DNA of 39,786 nucleotides. Source: Sulfurimonadaceae bacterium (lineage in GTDB: Bacteria > Campylobacterota > Campylobacteria > Campylobacterales > Sulfurimonadaceae). The notes under the pieces were generated by a model. The model was not told the origin of the DNA and did not search any database. It saw only the letters and a program-made list of their open reading frames with translations. The stretch is from positions 1-39,786 of the forward strand of contig JBFESZ010000007.1 in assembly GCA_041548245.1 (NCBI GenBank), written 5' to 3'. Positions 1 to 9,795 of this stretch are shown in pieces. The number at the start of each line of letters is the position of its first letter. The stretch's first letter is position 1. A program made the position numbers and the translations under genes.

Positions 1-43
1 AAATAAAAAAGCTTCTTTACAAGCTCCGATATTTTCGCTTCGT

Positions 44-1405
44 TTATAGAAGCATCACACTGGCCAATCCTAAAAAACTAAAAAATCCGACAATATCTGT
101 GACCGTCGTCAATAATACTGAAGAACCGATAGCAGGATCAATATTGGCCTCTTTGAGCAAGATCGGGATGACAGCACCAAACAAACCAGCAGAAAAAAGG
201 TTTATCACCATTGACAGGGCTATGACAAGCCCCAGCATGGGCATGGAAAACCATACATAAGCTATGCCTCCAATAACAACAGCAAAGAGCAAGCCATTCA
301 TCAATGCCAAATAGACCTCTTTAAAGATAGTCTCTTTGGCATCACCACCGCTAATCTCACCCAGTGCCATCTGGCGCACGGTAACTGTTAAAGTCTGCGT
401 TCCGGCATTTCCACCCATAGAGGCGACAATAGGCATTAATATGGCCAAGGCTACAAGTGACTGAAGTGTCGCATCAAACAGACTGATAACAACAGATGCA
501 GCAATGGCTGTCACTAGGTTTATTCCCAACCAAAAAGCCCGATGCTTTCCGATATAAAACAGACTCTCCACCTGCTCTGCCTCTTCACTGACCCCTGCAA
601 GGTGGTACAGTTGTCCCGTTGCACGTTCTTCTATAATATCATAGATATCATCAGAAGTGATACGTCCCATAAGTTTGCCATCCATATCGACAACAGGGAC
701 AACACCCATATCATACTTCGAAGCGGTCTCAACCACATCATGAATATCATCCGTGGCCTTAACACAGATAGAATTGACACCCTCTTTTACAAGTTCGTCA
801 TAACGCTCTTTTGGTCCAAGTAGAATCAGATCTTCCAAGGGGATGGAACCTAAAAAAACGCCTGCCTCATTGATGACATAAACCTGGGATATATTATCCA
901 GCTCTTTTGCTGCTTTCAAACGCTTAAGCCTGCGAATCGAATCCCCGATCTGTTCATCCACTGTAGCACTGAAAAGCTCGGTCTGCATATAAGCACCGGC
1001 CTCATACTCACCGTAGGCGATCAATGTCTCAAGTGTTTGTCTGTCTTCGGCAGGAAGGCTCTGCATCACTTCATCGACCACGGCTTCATCAACGGCCTCG
1101 AAATTTCGAATCAGTTCTGCCGCATCATCCGTGTCAAGGATATTTGTAAGATCCGCTATCTCTTCAGGGCTGAAGTATTCAAGTACTTCTTCATGACAGT
1201 GTTTTGGAAGTTCAATTAGGACAAGGGCTTTCAGCTCTTCAGGAAGTTCTGAAAGTTTATTAAGATAAAGCGATTCATCGTGTTCACGCAGTTCAAGCAG
1301 CTGTTCCGAGATATCATAGGGATGGATATTTGTATCGATATTATCATTATAATATTGAACACTCGCATCGATTGCTTCGATAAGCTCAGGCACGGATCTT
1401 CGCAT
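44..1405 (-). CDS. mgtE: Magnesium transporter MgtE
   Basis: Acidic N-domain, tandem CBS domains, TM region with MPIVASMGGNAGTQ and TTVTDIVGF motifs. Start moved to ATG 1405 because AAGGAG lies just upstream (1413-1418); the ORF track starts at 1435. Confidence 0.95.
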   Translation of the reverse strand: MRRSVPELIEAIDASVQYYNDNIDTNIHPYDISEQLLELREHDESLYLNKLSELPEELKALVLIELPKHCHEEVLEYFSPEEIADLTNILDTDDAAELIRNFEAVDEAVVDEVMQSLPAEDRQTLETLIAYGEYEAGAYMQTELFSATVDEQIGDSIRRLKRLKAAKELDNISQVYVINEAGVFLGSIPLEDLILLGPKERYDELVKEGVNSICVKATDDIHDVVETASKYDMGVVPVVDMDGKLMGRITSDDIYDIIEERATGQLYHLAGVSEEAEQVESLFYIGKHRAFWLGINLVTAIAASVVISLFDATLQSLVALAILMPIVASMGGNAGTQTLTVTVRQMALGEISGGDAKETIFKEVYLALMNGLLFAVVIGGIAYVWFSMPMLGLVIALSMVINLFSAGLFGAVIPILLKEANIDPAIGSSVLLTTVTDIVGFFSFLGLASVMLL

Positions 1406-1618
1406 CGTGTCTCTCCTTCTTTTTAAAACCTTCATTATGAATCGCCGTAATAAATAAAATTATACACCCTTTTGAGCTTTTTTCACGGATGATTCAACAT
1501 CAATATAAATAACCTTTATAATAGTTTTAAAACAAAAACTTTCATTTTGATTCATACCAGGCTCTTTCAGGTACTTCAGATCAAAACGTTTTGTAAAAAA
1601 TGGGAAAAAGGTGTATAG

Positions 1619-1639
1619 TTACACTCTATATCAGTGTAA
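1619..1639. promoter_or_regulatory. Perfect 7-bp inverted repeat TTACACT-N7-AGTGTAA, candidate operator
   Basis: Read directly from the sequence; abuts a -10-like TATAGT (1614-1619) upstream of the peptidase gene. Confidence 0.4.
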
Positions 1640-1688
1640 AAAGAATAGTTTTCATTTTCATACCTTACTTTATACAAGGATGCACACG

Positions 1689-2756
1689 TTGAACGATACA
1701 CTAAAACCCTATCGGGGATTTCTGGATATCCTCAAACACCTCATTCGCAGACCTTCCGTCGTGGGGGCTGAACATCCGTTCTTTCTTTCACTCAAGCGGG
1801 AACTTGACGAAATCGGTATCAGAACAACACTGTATGAAGGCCTGTTAGTCGCTGAAGGAAAACATCCTCAGAGGGGAATGCTCTCAGCTCATATAGACAG
1901 ACACGGCTTGATTTGCACCGGCCCCAATGAGTTTCAATATGCAGCGTTTATGACACAAAACCGTGCTGACCTTACAGGCGATTCAATTGCCGAACAGACC
2001 TATATGTCGATTGTCGAGCGTTTTAAACAACAATCTGTTCAAGCTTATGAACCATGGTCCGGCACCTATTTAGGCTTGGGTATGATTGACAATGCCTACA
2101 TCTGTGAACGACGAAAGAACCTGGTATTTGAGGTCAAAGGTCTTGAACACCTGTTACCGGGTACTCCGGTAGCCTTTGTTGATTCGCTTTCCAATAAGAA
2201 TGGCCTTTTATCAGCACAGCTTGATAATGTACTCAGTGCCGCTGTAATCATCTACCTTTACAAAAACGGTTATCAGGGGACTGCCTTCTTCACTGCACAA
2301 GAAGAAGCAGGTAAAAGCTGGCGATTTCTTTTAGAGTGGTTTCGTCGTTTTGATCATACGACAGAGCGCTTGCTCGTTCTTGACACAAGTCCCTATCCTA
2401 CTCGTGAAGAAGCTGAATATCAGCATTTGGTTCTACGTCATCGCGACGCTAATGCGGAGTTTCATTCTCCTTTGAACAAGGAGATAGAAGACGCCTGTTC
2501 TAAGCTGGACATCACCTATAGTTATAAGGATAGTTATTTAAAAGAGGAGAACAAAAAACGTATAGCGGAAGGGAAAAAAGAGAACTCTATTGGAAGTACC
2601 GAGATGGGACGTATCATAGCCGCGAGCAATGGCTCAATACAAGGGACCACACTGCAGATCCCCACAACAGGTTATCATACGACAGCAGAAACCGCTTCTG
2701 TCGAATCCATAGCTAAAATGCTGGCGCTGCTGAAGCATATGTATATAAATCCTTAG
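1689..2756 (+). CDS. M42/M20-clan zinc metallopeptidase
   Basis: Metal-ligand pattern SAHIDRHG, AQLDN, QEEAG, VLDTSP, GYHT. TTG 1689 follows AAGGA by 8 nt; ATG 1680 is an alternative start. Confidence 0.8.
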   Translation: MNDTLKPYRGFLDILKHLIRRPSVVGAEHPFFLSLKRELDEIGIRTTLYEGLLVAEGKHPQRGMLSAHIDRHGLICTGPNEFQYAAFMTQNRADLTGDSIAEQTYMSIVERFKQQSVQAYEPWSGTYLGLGMIDNAYICERRKNLVFEVKGLEHLLPGTPVAFVDSLSNKNGLLSAQLDNVLSAAVIIYLYKNGYQGTAFFTAQEEAGKSWRFLLEWFRRFDHTTERLLVLDTSPYPTREEAEYQHLVLRHRDANAEFHSPLNKEIEDACSKLDITYSYKDSYLKEENKKRIAEGKKENSIGSTEMGRIIAASNGSIQGTTLQIPTTGYHTTAETASVESIAKMLALLKHMYINP

Positions 2757-2830
2757 AAAATTCCAAATAAACACCCATTTTTCAGACCTTCTGAGGATTA
2801 TTTCACTATAATCATCCAAAGGAAATTTAT

Positions 2831-3991
2831 TTGATGGAACTTTTGACAGAAAAGACAAGAAACTGCTTAGAGAACTATTGGGATATTTTTATCGGTGTCT
2901 TCTCCATCGTTATAGGCATTATATCTCACAAGAACGGATTCGATCATGCCGCGACACTCTTTGCCGCTGCCGGTATTGCTTCCTTGTCCGTTACAGTTTC
3001 CGAGGTAGCCGAAATACTCTCCGAACGACTGCAGGAACCTTATGCAAGTTTCGTGCTGACCTTCAGCGCTGTTATTGTTGAGATCATTCTTCTTTATGTC
3101 ATTTTGCGTGAAGCACTTCATACTCCGGAAGTCATCGAGACAGTCAAAGGCGGTATCATCTCTGCAGTGATCGTTGATATGAATGTTTTACTTGGACTGG
3201 CTGTGTTTATCGGTGGACTCAAGTTTGTAGAACAAGAGCACAACAAAGAGACCTCAAGTACCTATACAACAATACTACTTGTAACTTCTGCTGCTCTTTT
3301 GGTCCCGGGTATCCTTGATCAGACAGCACATGGTCACCACACTATTAAAGAAGTCAGCTTTCTCATTTCTATAGCACTGATGGTATTTTATATTGTCATA
3401 TTTGTCTTTCAGACACGCACACATACACATTTTTTTCAAGCAACCGCCCGCAGCCGTATTTTTCGAATCAAAAGAAAAATGAAAGCGTCCGCCGAAGAGG
3501 ATGAAGAGAGTGACACAGGCCTGTATCTTTTTGACCGTTTCAACAACTATGGTAACTTTTTTGTCATCTTTGTCTTAATTGCTCTTATTGCCTTAGGGGC
3601 AGAAGTTTTTGCGACAGATGGTATAAAGATGGCTAAAGAGTTTGGAATATCTGCCGGTCTGGCCGGTCTTATCATTGCTGTCATCAGTGTCTCGCCCGAG
3701 ATCTTTACGGCGATCAAAGCTGCCCGTAACGATCAGATCCAACGCGTTGTGAACATTGCCATGGGAGCGTCAACCGTTTCAATTCTCTTGACTGTACCGA
3801 TCCTTATGGGACTGGCGTATCTCTCTGGTATCAACCTCATGCTTGATTTCAATCCCCTCCAAATCGGTGCATTAATGATTACCGTCATATTGGCATGGAA
3901 AACGACAGGAGATGGGCAGACAAACTATTTTGAAGGGATCTCTCATCTGATGTTCTTCGTCTGCTATGCCATCATTGCAGCCTATTATTAG
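2831..3991 (+). CDS. chaA: Ca2+(Na+)/H+ antiporter, ChaA/CAX family
   Basis: About 10-11 hydrophobic segments, two alpha-repeats (TFSAVIVE; ISVSPE...N), central acidic loop AEEDEESD, C-terminal TNYFEG..HL. TATAAT at 2807-2812 and AAAGGA SD upstream. Confidence 0.85.
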   Translation: MMELLTEKTRNCLENYWDIFIGVFSIVIGIISHKNGFDHAATLFAAAGIASLSVTVSEVAEILSERLQEPYASFVLTFSAVIVEIILLYVILREALHTPEVIETVKGGIISAVIVDMNVLLGLAVFIGGLKFVEQEHNKETSSTYTTILLVTSAALLVPGILDQTAHGHHTIKEVSFLISIALMVFYIVIFVFQTRTHTHFFQATARSRIFRIKRKMKASAEEDEESDTGLYLFDRFNNYGNFFVIFVLIALIALGAEVFATDGIKMAKEFGISAGLAGLIIAVISVSPEIFTAIKAARNDQIQRVVNIAMGASTVSILLTVPILMGLAYLSGINLMLDFNPLQIGALMITVILAWKTTGDGQTNYFEGISHLMFFVCYAIIAAYY

Positions 3992-4117
3992 CAAACGACG
4001 CAGATAGCATCTACCCAAGAAACACTTCTCTTCATTCATGACTATGGGAACTATATCTTACCTCGCGCAGAAATCTTTGTCTATCTAAATAACTGTCTGT
4101 TATCTATGCCCGTAATA

Positions 4118-4600
4118 TCAGATAAGTTTGATAACGGGTTTTTGAAGTAAAAGATTGTTTGGATACATGACAATATTATTGTCATTATCACGCAACTCTA
4201 TTTGAAAGAGCGTGATCTCTTTGATCCATCCTTCGATACTGTCATCGCCGTCAACGATCCTGATCTTGTCCCCAATGCGCGCAGGAAAGGTAAAAAATAT
4301 GATAATGCTGGCTGTAATATTACTCAGTATGGACCACTGCGCAAACAGAGCGACACCGATAATCGCGAAAAGCGATGAAGCAAATACTGAGACACCTTTA
4401 ACATCCACACTCCAGATAAAAGCCAAGGCGACCGAGGCAGCAAATACAAAAAGAATATCAAAGACTTTTTCGACATAAAACAGTCGTTTATCCGAGACAT
4501 TTTTTCGTTTGGCAATCTTGTTAAGTAGACGCTTGAACAGCCTTGCACTGATATAGGTTAGAAGGATAGCTGCTATACTCCATGCGATACTGTAAGTCAT
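4118..4600 (-). CDS. Small MscS-family mechanosensitive channel (TM helices plus beta domain, no C-terminal domain)
   Basis: ALFAQWSILSN, FPARIGDKIRI and YPNNLL motifs; AAGGAG SD. Confidence 0.88.
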   Translation of the reverse strand: MTYSIAWSIAAILLTYISARLFKRLLNKIAKRKNVSDKRLFYVEKVFDILFVFAASVALAFIWSVDVKGVSVFASSLFAIIGVALFAQWSILSNITASIIIFFTFPARIGDKIRIVDGDDSIEGWIKEITLFQIELRDNDNNIVMYPNNLLLQKPVIKLI

Positions 4601-4634
4601 ACAGCAGCTCCTTTTATCTTATCTATTATGTATA

Positions 4635-5012
4635 TCATCGTTCAACTTTCTCCGGACTGAATTTCATCGTAATATATCGGAATATAAAGAGGACAAGAAT
4701 AATACCAAGGATTGCGGCTATCTTCTGAAAATCAAATTTGTCATTGACGATAAGTAGTATGTCTCGTATAAAAAAAACAATAGTAGAATCAATCATCAAT
4801 CGCAATTTTATACGATTTTCATCACTAAAAAGAAATTCAACAAGCATACGGACTAGTTCTAAAATAATAATGAACTCTAGAAGTGCGACTGCCAACTTTG
4901 AGAATGTATTAATGCTTCCGAGATCCTTGACCAGTATAAAAAGTATAAGCGTTATAAAAAATTTAATAAAAACAGGAGCTTTCTTGAGTGTAAAGTATTG
5001 TTTCATTCTCAT
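4635..5012 (-). CDS. PsiE-family membrane protein
   Basis: Four hydrophobic helices, LEFIIILELVRM and IDSTIVFFIRDIL resemble PsiE-family signatures. Start may be ATG 5006. Confidence 0.7.
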   Translation of the reverse strand: MRMKQYFTLKKAPVFIKFFITLILFILVKDLGSINTFSKLAVALLEFIIILELVRMLVEFLFSDENRIKLRLMIDSTIVFFIRDILLIVNDKFDFQKIAAILGIILVLFIFRYITMKFSPEKVER

Positions 5013-5077
5013 CCCTTATGATTTGAGAAATTATACTCTATTTCGATACAATATATGATGCTATCAATGGGGGCAAA

Positions 5078-5872
5078 ATGGAACACTTGGAAAACATAAT
5101 CGATGATCTTCATTTGGAAGACCTTCGCAATGAGCAGCACCCTTCTATCTTTGATGAGAATGATGAATACGATATGCTCATAGTCCGTCTTCCCGTTATA
5201 TCCGAGACATTGGAAGTCAGGTCTTTGGGCTTTGTTATCACTTCCGAACATAGCTATACCTATAACCGGAACGAAAAAAAGTTTACTGAGCTTAAGGGTC
5301 GCTTTGAGGGTCCACACGTAGTTATTGACAAACTGGCGGACCGTATGCTTGGCTCCTTCGTTAAATATCAGGACCTTACGGTTGATATGGAAGAGACCTT
5401 ATACCTAGGCAAGCATATCGAAAGTTTCATGACCGACTGGCTGGGCCTAAAACGGGACATACTGCGAATTGAACGGGTGCTCCTACACGCCTCTTATACG
5501 CTGACACAATTTATAGAATCTTTTGAAAAGACGGACGGTTTTCCGATCAACCATTATATAGACCTGCATGAGCACATCGACCGTACCAAACGTGCTGCAG
5601 GGCTGCAACTGTCCAAACTTGACTATCTATACAGCTTTTACAGCGCACGGACTAACGAGAAAATGAACCGTCTGATCTATTTTTTAACTATCATATCAGC
5701 CGTATTTCTACCTCTTAATCTGGTTGTCGGTTTTTTTGGGATGAATACAAGCGGACTCCCTTTTGCAAGTGGAAGTTCAGGAACACTTAGTGCAATATTG
5801 CTTATGATCTCATTGGTCGTGACAACATCTGCCGTTGTCTATATCTGGCACCGTAGAACAGAGAAGTCTTAA
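5078..5872 (+). CDS. CorA-family divalent cation transporter (short form)
   Basis: Two C-terminal TM helices with FLPLNLVVGFFGMNT (GMN signature). Confidence 0.92.
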   Translation: MEHLENIIDDLHLEDLRNEQHPSIFDENDEYDMLIVRLPVISETLEVRSLGFVITSEHSYTYNRNEKKFTELKGRFEGPHVVIDKLADRMLGSFVKYQDLTVDMEETLYLGKHIESFMTDWLGLKRDILRIERVLLHASYTLTQFIESFEKTDGFPINHYIDLHEHIDRTKRAAGLQLSKLDYLYSFYSARTNEKMNRLIYFLTIISAVFLPLNLVVGFFGMNTSGLPFASGSSGTLSAILLMISLVVTTSAVVYIWHRRTEKS

Positions 5873-5922
5873 AGCTCTTCATGTAATTTCAAAACAGAAG
5901 GACTTATCTGGAATCGACCCCG

Positions 5923-6849
5923 TTATGCGCCAATCTTATCTCTTGGACCGCGTTTACGTTTTGAAGGTTTATCCGGATTGACGTTTCGCTCTATATAATC
6001 CATAATCTTACCGGCAATGTCTATCCCCGTAGCCTTCTCAATGCCCTCAAGTCCAGGAGATGAGTTAACTTCCATAACTAAGGGACCACGTTTTGACGGG
6101 ATCATATCAACACCACAAACACCCAGCCCCATAGCTTTCGCAGCTGCGATAGCCGTCGACTTTTCCTTTCGAGAGAGCTTATGAAGGGTCGCACTACCAC
6201 CCTGATGAAGGTTAGAACGGAAGTCCCCTTCAGCTCCCTGGCGTTTCATCGCACCAACCACTTCACCGTCAACGACAATTGCACGGATATCCGAACCGCC
6301 TGCTTCTTCGATGAACTCTTGTACCAGTAAGTTGACATCCATACCATAAAATGCGTCCAAAACCGACTTAGCCGCTTTTTGTGTCTCCACAAGGACAACA
6401 CCAACGCCTTGCGTTCCCTCAAGAATCTTTAGAACCAGAGGAGTCCCTCCGCTTAACTTGATAATATCTTTGGCACTGGACTTATTTGACGCAAAAACAG
6501 TCTTTGGCATATCAACACCATATTTCGAAAGGATCTGTAAAGAGCGTAGCTTATCACGTGAACGAGATATTGCCAAAGAACCTGCGACACTAAAAGCACC
6601 CATCACCTCAAGATGACGTACCATGGCTGTACCATAAAAAGTACGACTCGCCCCGATACGCGGTATAATAGCATCGGGGACGGGGATCGCTTCTCCATTA
6701 TAATGGATGGTTAACTCTCCCTTCATAATCTCTACACTGAATTTCAAATAATCCAAAACCCGTACATCCCAGTCTCTTGCTTTGGCCGCTTCCAATAACC
6801 TATGAGTCGAATACAGTGATGATTTTCTTGATAAAATATAAACTCTCAT
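5923..6849 (-). CDS. rimK: RimK-family ATP-grasp alpha-L-glutamate ligase
   Basis: LYSTHRL, IPRIGAS, GTQGVGV, QEFIEEAGGSDIR, FRSNLHQGG, EVNSSPGLEGIE. Confidence 0.95.
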   Translation of the reverse strand: MRVYILSRKSSLYSTHRLLEAAKARDWDVRVLDYLKFSVEIMKGELTIHYNGEAIPVPDAIIPRIGASRTFYGTAMVRHLEVMGAFSVAGSLAISRSRDKLRSLQILSKYGVDMPKTVFASNKSSAKDIIKLSGGTPLVLKILEGTQGVGVVLVETQKAAKSVLDAFYGMDVNLLVQEFIEEAGGSDIRAIVVDGEVVGAMKRQGAEGDFRSNLHQGGSATLHKLSRKEKSTAIAAAKAMGLGVCGVDMIPSKRGPLVMEVNSSPGLEGIEKATGIDIAGKIMDYIERNVNPDKPSKRKRGPRDKIGA

Positions 6850-6851
6850 TT

Positions 6852-7280
6852 TTAATCCTTGTTCGTTTCTAAATGCTGATACTTTAAGGAGACATCAACA
6901 ATAAAACGTCCCTCTAAATACTTTCTGCCAATAAGCATAGGATATTTCATATCTTTGCGATCTGTCAATGAGAGTTCCGACTTGTATCTTTTCCCAAACA
7001 GTTCTATTATCGTCTTGACAAAAATCCTCTCCTGAATTGTTCCATTGGAGCTCTTCACTTTTTTGATCTTATGCACGGGCATGACAATGTGTTCTTTACA
7101 ATAATCCGGGTGTGAATCATCCAAAAGTTTAAAATGCACCGTGCCGTCTTCATTTAAATGAATGTCATCGCAATGGATGGCATTGCCATAAGCCCCTGTG
7201 TCAATTTTTGCATCAATATTAAAAAACTTTAGTTCAGGCAGTGATATATACTCATTTCTGCCTATAATTATCTTTTCTAT
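6852..7280 (-). CDS. RimK-associated retropepsin-like protease (RimB/Zn_protease family), apparent ATA start
   Basis: Frame is open upstream of the tracked GTG 7139 and reads IEKIIIGRNEYISLPELKFFNIDAKIDTGAYGNAIH; C-terminus has LTDRKDMKYPMLIGR. No in-frame ATG/GTG/TTG upstream; ATA 7280 is 7 nt after AAGGA. Confidence 0.85.
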   Translation of the reverse strand: MEKIIIGRNEYISLPELKFFNIDAKIDTGAYGNAIHCDDIHLNEDGTVHFKLLDDSHPDYCKEHIVMPVHKIKKVKSSNGTIQERIFVKTIIELFGKRYKSELSLTDRKDMKYPMLIGRKYLEGRFIVDVSLKYQHLETNKD

Positions 7281-7371
7281 AACATTGTCCTTTGAATTAC
7301 AATCATGATATATTATACTAAAATAAAAGTATTTGTACCGCTACATATAGAAAAAAGATTGGAAAATAGAT

Positions 7372-8418
7372 TTGCCATACAGTACATTAGAAATTTTTGG
7401 GACAAAAATCCCTAGAGGTTGCGTCAAAAACATCAGTATAGACCTGCCAAAACTCTATAACCTTCCTGCTTCCATTCCCGTTCATGTCATCCGGGGAAAA
7501 AGAAAAGGGCCTACTCTTTTTGTAAGTGCCGCGATTCACGGGGATGAATTAAACGGGATAGAGATCATACGCCGATTGAAAAAGCTCACTGTACTTAAAA
7601 AGCTTAAAGGAACACTGATTCTGGTCCCTGTCGTCAATGTCTACGGTCTGAGCTCACTCTCACGCTATCTACCTGACAGAAGGGACTTAAACAGAAGCTT
7701 TCCCGGTTCAACAAGAGGCTCTCTCGCCGCGCGCATCGCCAAGGTTTTTTTAGATGAGATTGTGATGAAATCTGATTATGGTATTGATCTTCATACCGGT
7801 GCTATTCATCGAAGCAACCTTCCTCAGATTCGTACCAACACTAAGGACCCCAAGACGTTGGAGCTTGCAAAGTCCTTTGAAGCCCCTGTCATCTTACACT
7901 CCGAAGTCAGAGACGGGTCACTAAGAGCAATAGCACAAGAAGCCGGTGTGTCCATATTATTATATGAGGCTGGAGAAGCGCTACGTTTTGATGAGACCTC
8001 AATCAAGATCGGTGTCAAAGGCATTGTCAATATCCTAAAAAGCCTTGAGATGCTGCCTATGACAAAGAAAAAACGCTATAAAAACCCTTTGGTATTAAAA
8101 GAAAGCTCTTGGATCAGAGCAACTGAAAGCGGTATTCTACGTACGCTCAAAGGGCTTGGAGACTCTGTTTTAAAAGGCGAAACAATCGCCTTCATCGATC
8201 AGCCGCTTGGGGAAGAGAGCTTTGAGCTCACATGCTCCTTTGACGGTGTCATTATCGGAAAAAGTCAGATTCCTCTAGTACAGGAAGGTGACGCTGTATT
8301 TCATATTGCCCGTTCACAAAACCTTGATCTAGCCGAAGATCGTATCGAGTATTTTCAAGAGAGTGCTATTGAAAGCAGTGATATCCATGGTTTTCATGAT
8401 GAACATATCATAGAGTAA
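7372..8418 (+). CDS. Succinylglutamate desuccinylase/aspartoacylase (AstE/AspA, M14-like) family protein
   Basis: AAIHGDELNG, DLNRSFPG, IDLHTG, YEAGE motifs; C-terminal barrel-sandwich hybrid domain. Confidence 0.92.
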   Translation: MPYSTLEIFGTKIPRGCVKNISIDLPKLYNLPASIPVHVIRGKRKGPTLFVSAAIHGDELNGIEIIRRLKKLTVLKKLKGTLILVPVVNVYGLSSLSRYLPDRRDLNRSFPGSTRGSLAARIAKVFLDEIVMKSDYGIDLHTGAIHRSNLPQIRTNTKDPKTLELAKSFEAPVILHSEVRDGSLRAIAQEAGVSILLYEAGEALRFDETSIKIGVKGIVNILKSLEMLPMTKKKRYKNPLVLKESSWIRATESGILRTLKGLGDSVLKGETIAFIDQPLGEESFELTCSFDGVIIGKSQIPLVQEGDAVFHIARSQNLDLAEDRIEYFQESAIESSDIHGFHDEHIIE

Positions 8419-8461
8419 TTTTTTACTCTAGTAGCAGCTTCATAACTCTGAACCACGAAAC

Positions 8462-9565
8462 TTATAGGTCAAAAATACAACTTTTTATTTTATGAGCCTC
8501 CGCGACAGCGCTATTGTAAAGCTTGCCGTCAAAGGTGTTTAAGGCACTCACCATAACCGGCATCTTTTTGAATATCTCTTGTGCCCCATATTTTGCCAAA
8601 GCCTTCACATAGGGCAAGGTGGCATTTGTCAAAGCATAGGTCGATGTCCGCGGATAAGCTCCTGGCATATTGGCCACGCAATAATGAACCACACCCTCTT
8701 CAATAAAAGTAGGACTTGTGTGCGTTGTGGCGTGCGAAGATTCAAAACATCCTCCCTGATCGATGGACACATCAACCAAAACAGCACCTTTTTTCATATC
8801 TTTAAGCATCTCTCTGCTAATCAACTTTGGAGCTTTTGCACCGGGAATAAGTACCGTGCCTATGACGATATCACAGCTTGGTAATAGATCAGAGATGCTC
8901 GCGGATGAACTGTATAGGGTTGATACATTTACACCCAGAACATCATTCAGATAATGCAGCCGCGCGGTATTCACATCACAAACAGTCACGTCAGCCCCCA
9001 GACCTGCTGCAACTTCTGCCGCGGCCTTTCCAGCCACGCCACCTCCAAGTATCATGACTTTGGCCCGATGTGTTCCTACAACACCGCCTATCAACACTCC
9101 GCTTCCGCCGTGATATCGCCCAAGATGCACGGCACCCATCAGTGATGCCATCTTGCCTGCCACCTCACTCATCGGCTCCAAAAGAGGCAAACGGCCTTCT
9201 GCATCTAAAGTCTCGTAGGCAAAAGCACGTACTCTTTTTTCAAGCAGAAAGTGTGTTAATTTTTCATCCGCTGCAAGATGCAAATAAGTAAAAAGTATAT
9301 GTCCCTCTTTAAAAAGCTCGTACTCACTTTCGATGGGTTCTTTTACCTTAACGATCATCTCACATCGATTAAAAAGCTCATTAACATCCCTTAGGATGAG
9401 TGCCCCGGCACTGCGATACTCCTCATCACTAAAACCGCTTCCTTCGCCAGCTTCTGACTCTACATACACACTATGGCCAGCTTCACACAACTCTTGTACC
9501 CCGGATGGTGTTACTGCCACACGATACTCATCTGCTTTAATCTCTTTAGGCACTGCAATCTTCAT
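8462..9565 (-). CDS. ald: Alanine dehydrogenase
   Basis: MKIAVPKEIK..EYRVA, VKVKEP, FTYLHLAA, PMSEVAG, GGGVAG, IDQGGCFE, YCVANMPG. Start ATG 9565 with AAGGAG SD. Confidence 0.96.
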   Translation of the reverse strand: MKIAVPKEIKADEYRVAVTPSGVQELCEAGHSVYVESEAGEGSGFSDEEYRSAGALILRDVNELFNRCEMIVKVKEPIESEYELFKEGHILFTYLHLAADEKLTHFLLEKRVRAFAYETLDAEGRLPLLEPMSEVAGKMASLMGAVHLGRYHGGSGVLIGGVVGTHRAKVMILGGGVAGKAAAEVAAGLGADVTVCDVNTARLHYLNDVLGVNVSTLYSSSASISDLLPSCDIVIGTVLIPGAKAPKLISREMLKDMKKGAVLVDVSIDQGGCFESSHATTHTSPTFIEEGVVHYCVANMPGAYPRTSTYALTNATLPYVKALAKYGAQEIFKKMPVMVSALNTFDGKLYNSAVAEAHKIKSCIFDL

Positions 9566-9795
9566 AGACTCGCTCCTTATTTCAATACAATCAACACCTT
9601 TGTACCTGATATTGGCCAATGTTAATGCATCTTTTGTTAATTTAAAATATGTTTTTGATATTAGATAAGAGCAAAAAAAGAAGTTACTATCCATTGCATT
9701 GATAAAAAAATTATTATATTTTATGATAAACTATCTACTCAATGCTATAAAATATATACAGTTAAGTGATACAAAAATTTCATACAAGGAAGAAG

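Noticed and set aside
1406-1460. M-box riboswitch or leader peptide upstream of mgtE
   Set aside because: The leader from the likely -10 is only about 50 nt, with no suitable structure or proline-rich uORF.
9611-9620. 10-bp palindrome ATTGGCCAAT upstream of ald
   Set aside because: Too short to be significant alone in 40 kb; no second copy noticed.
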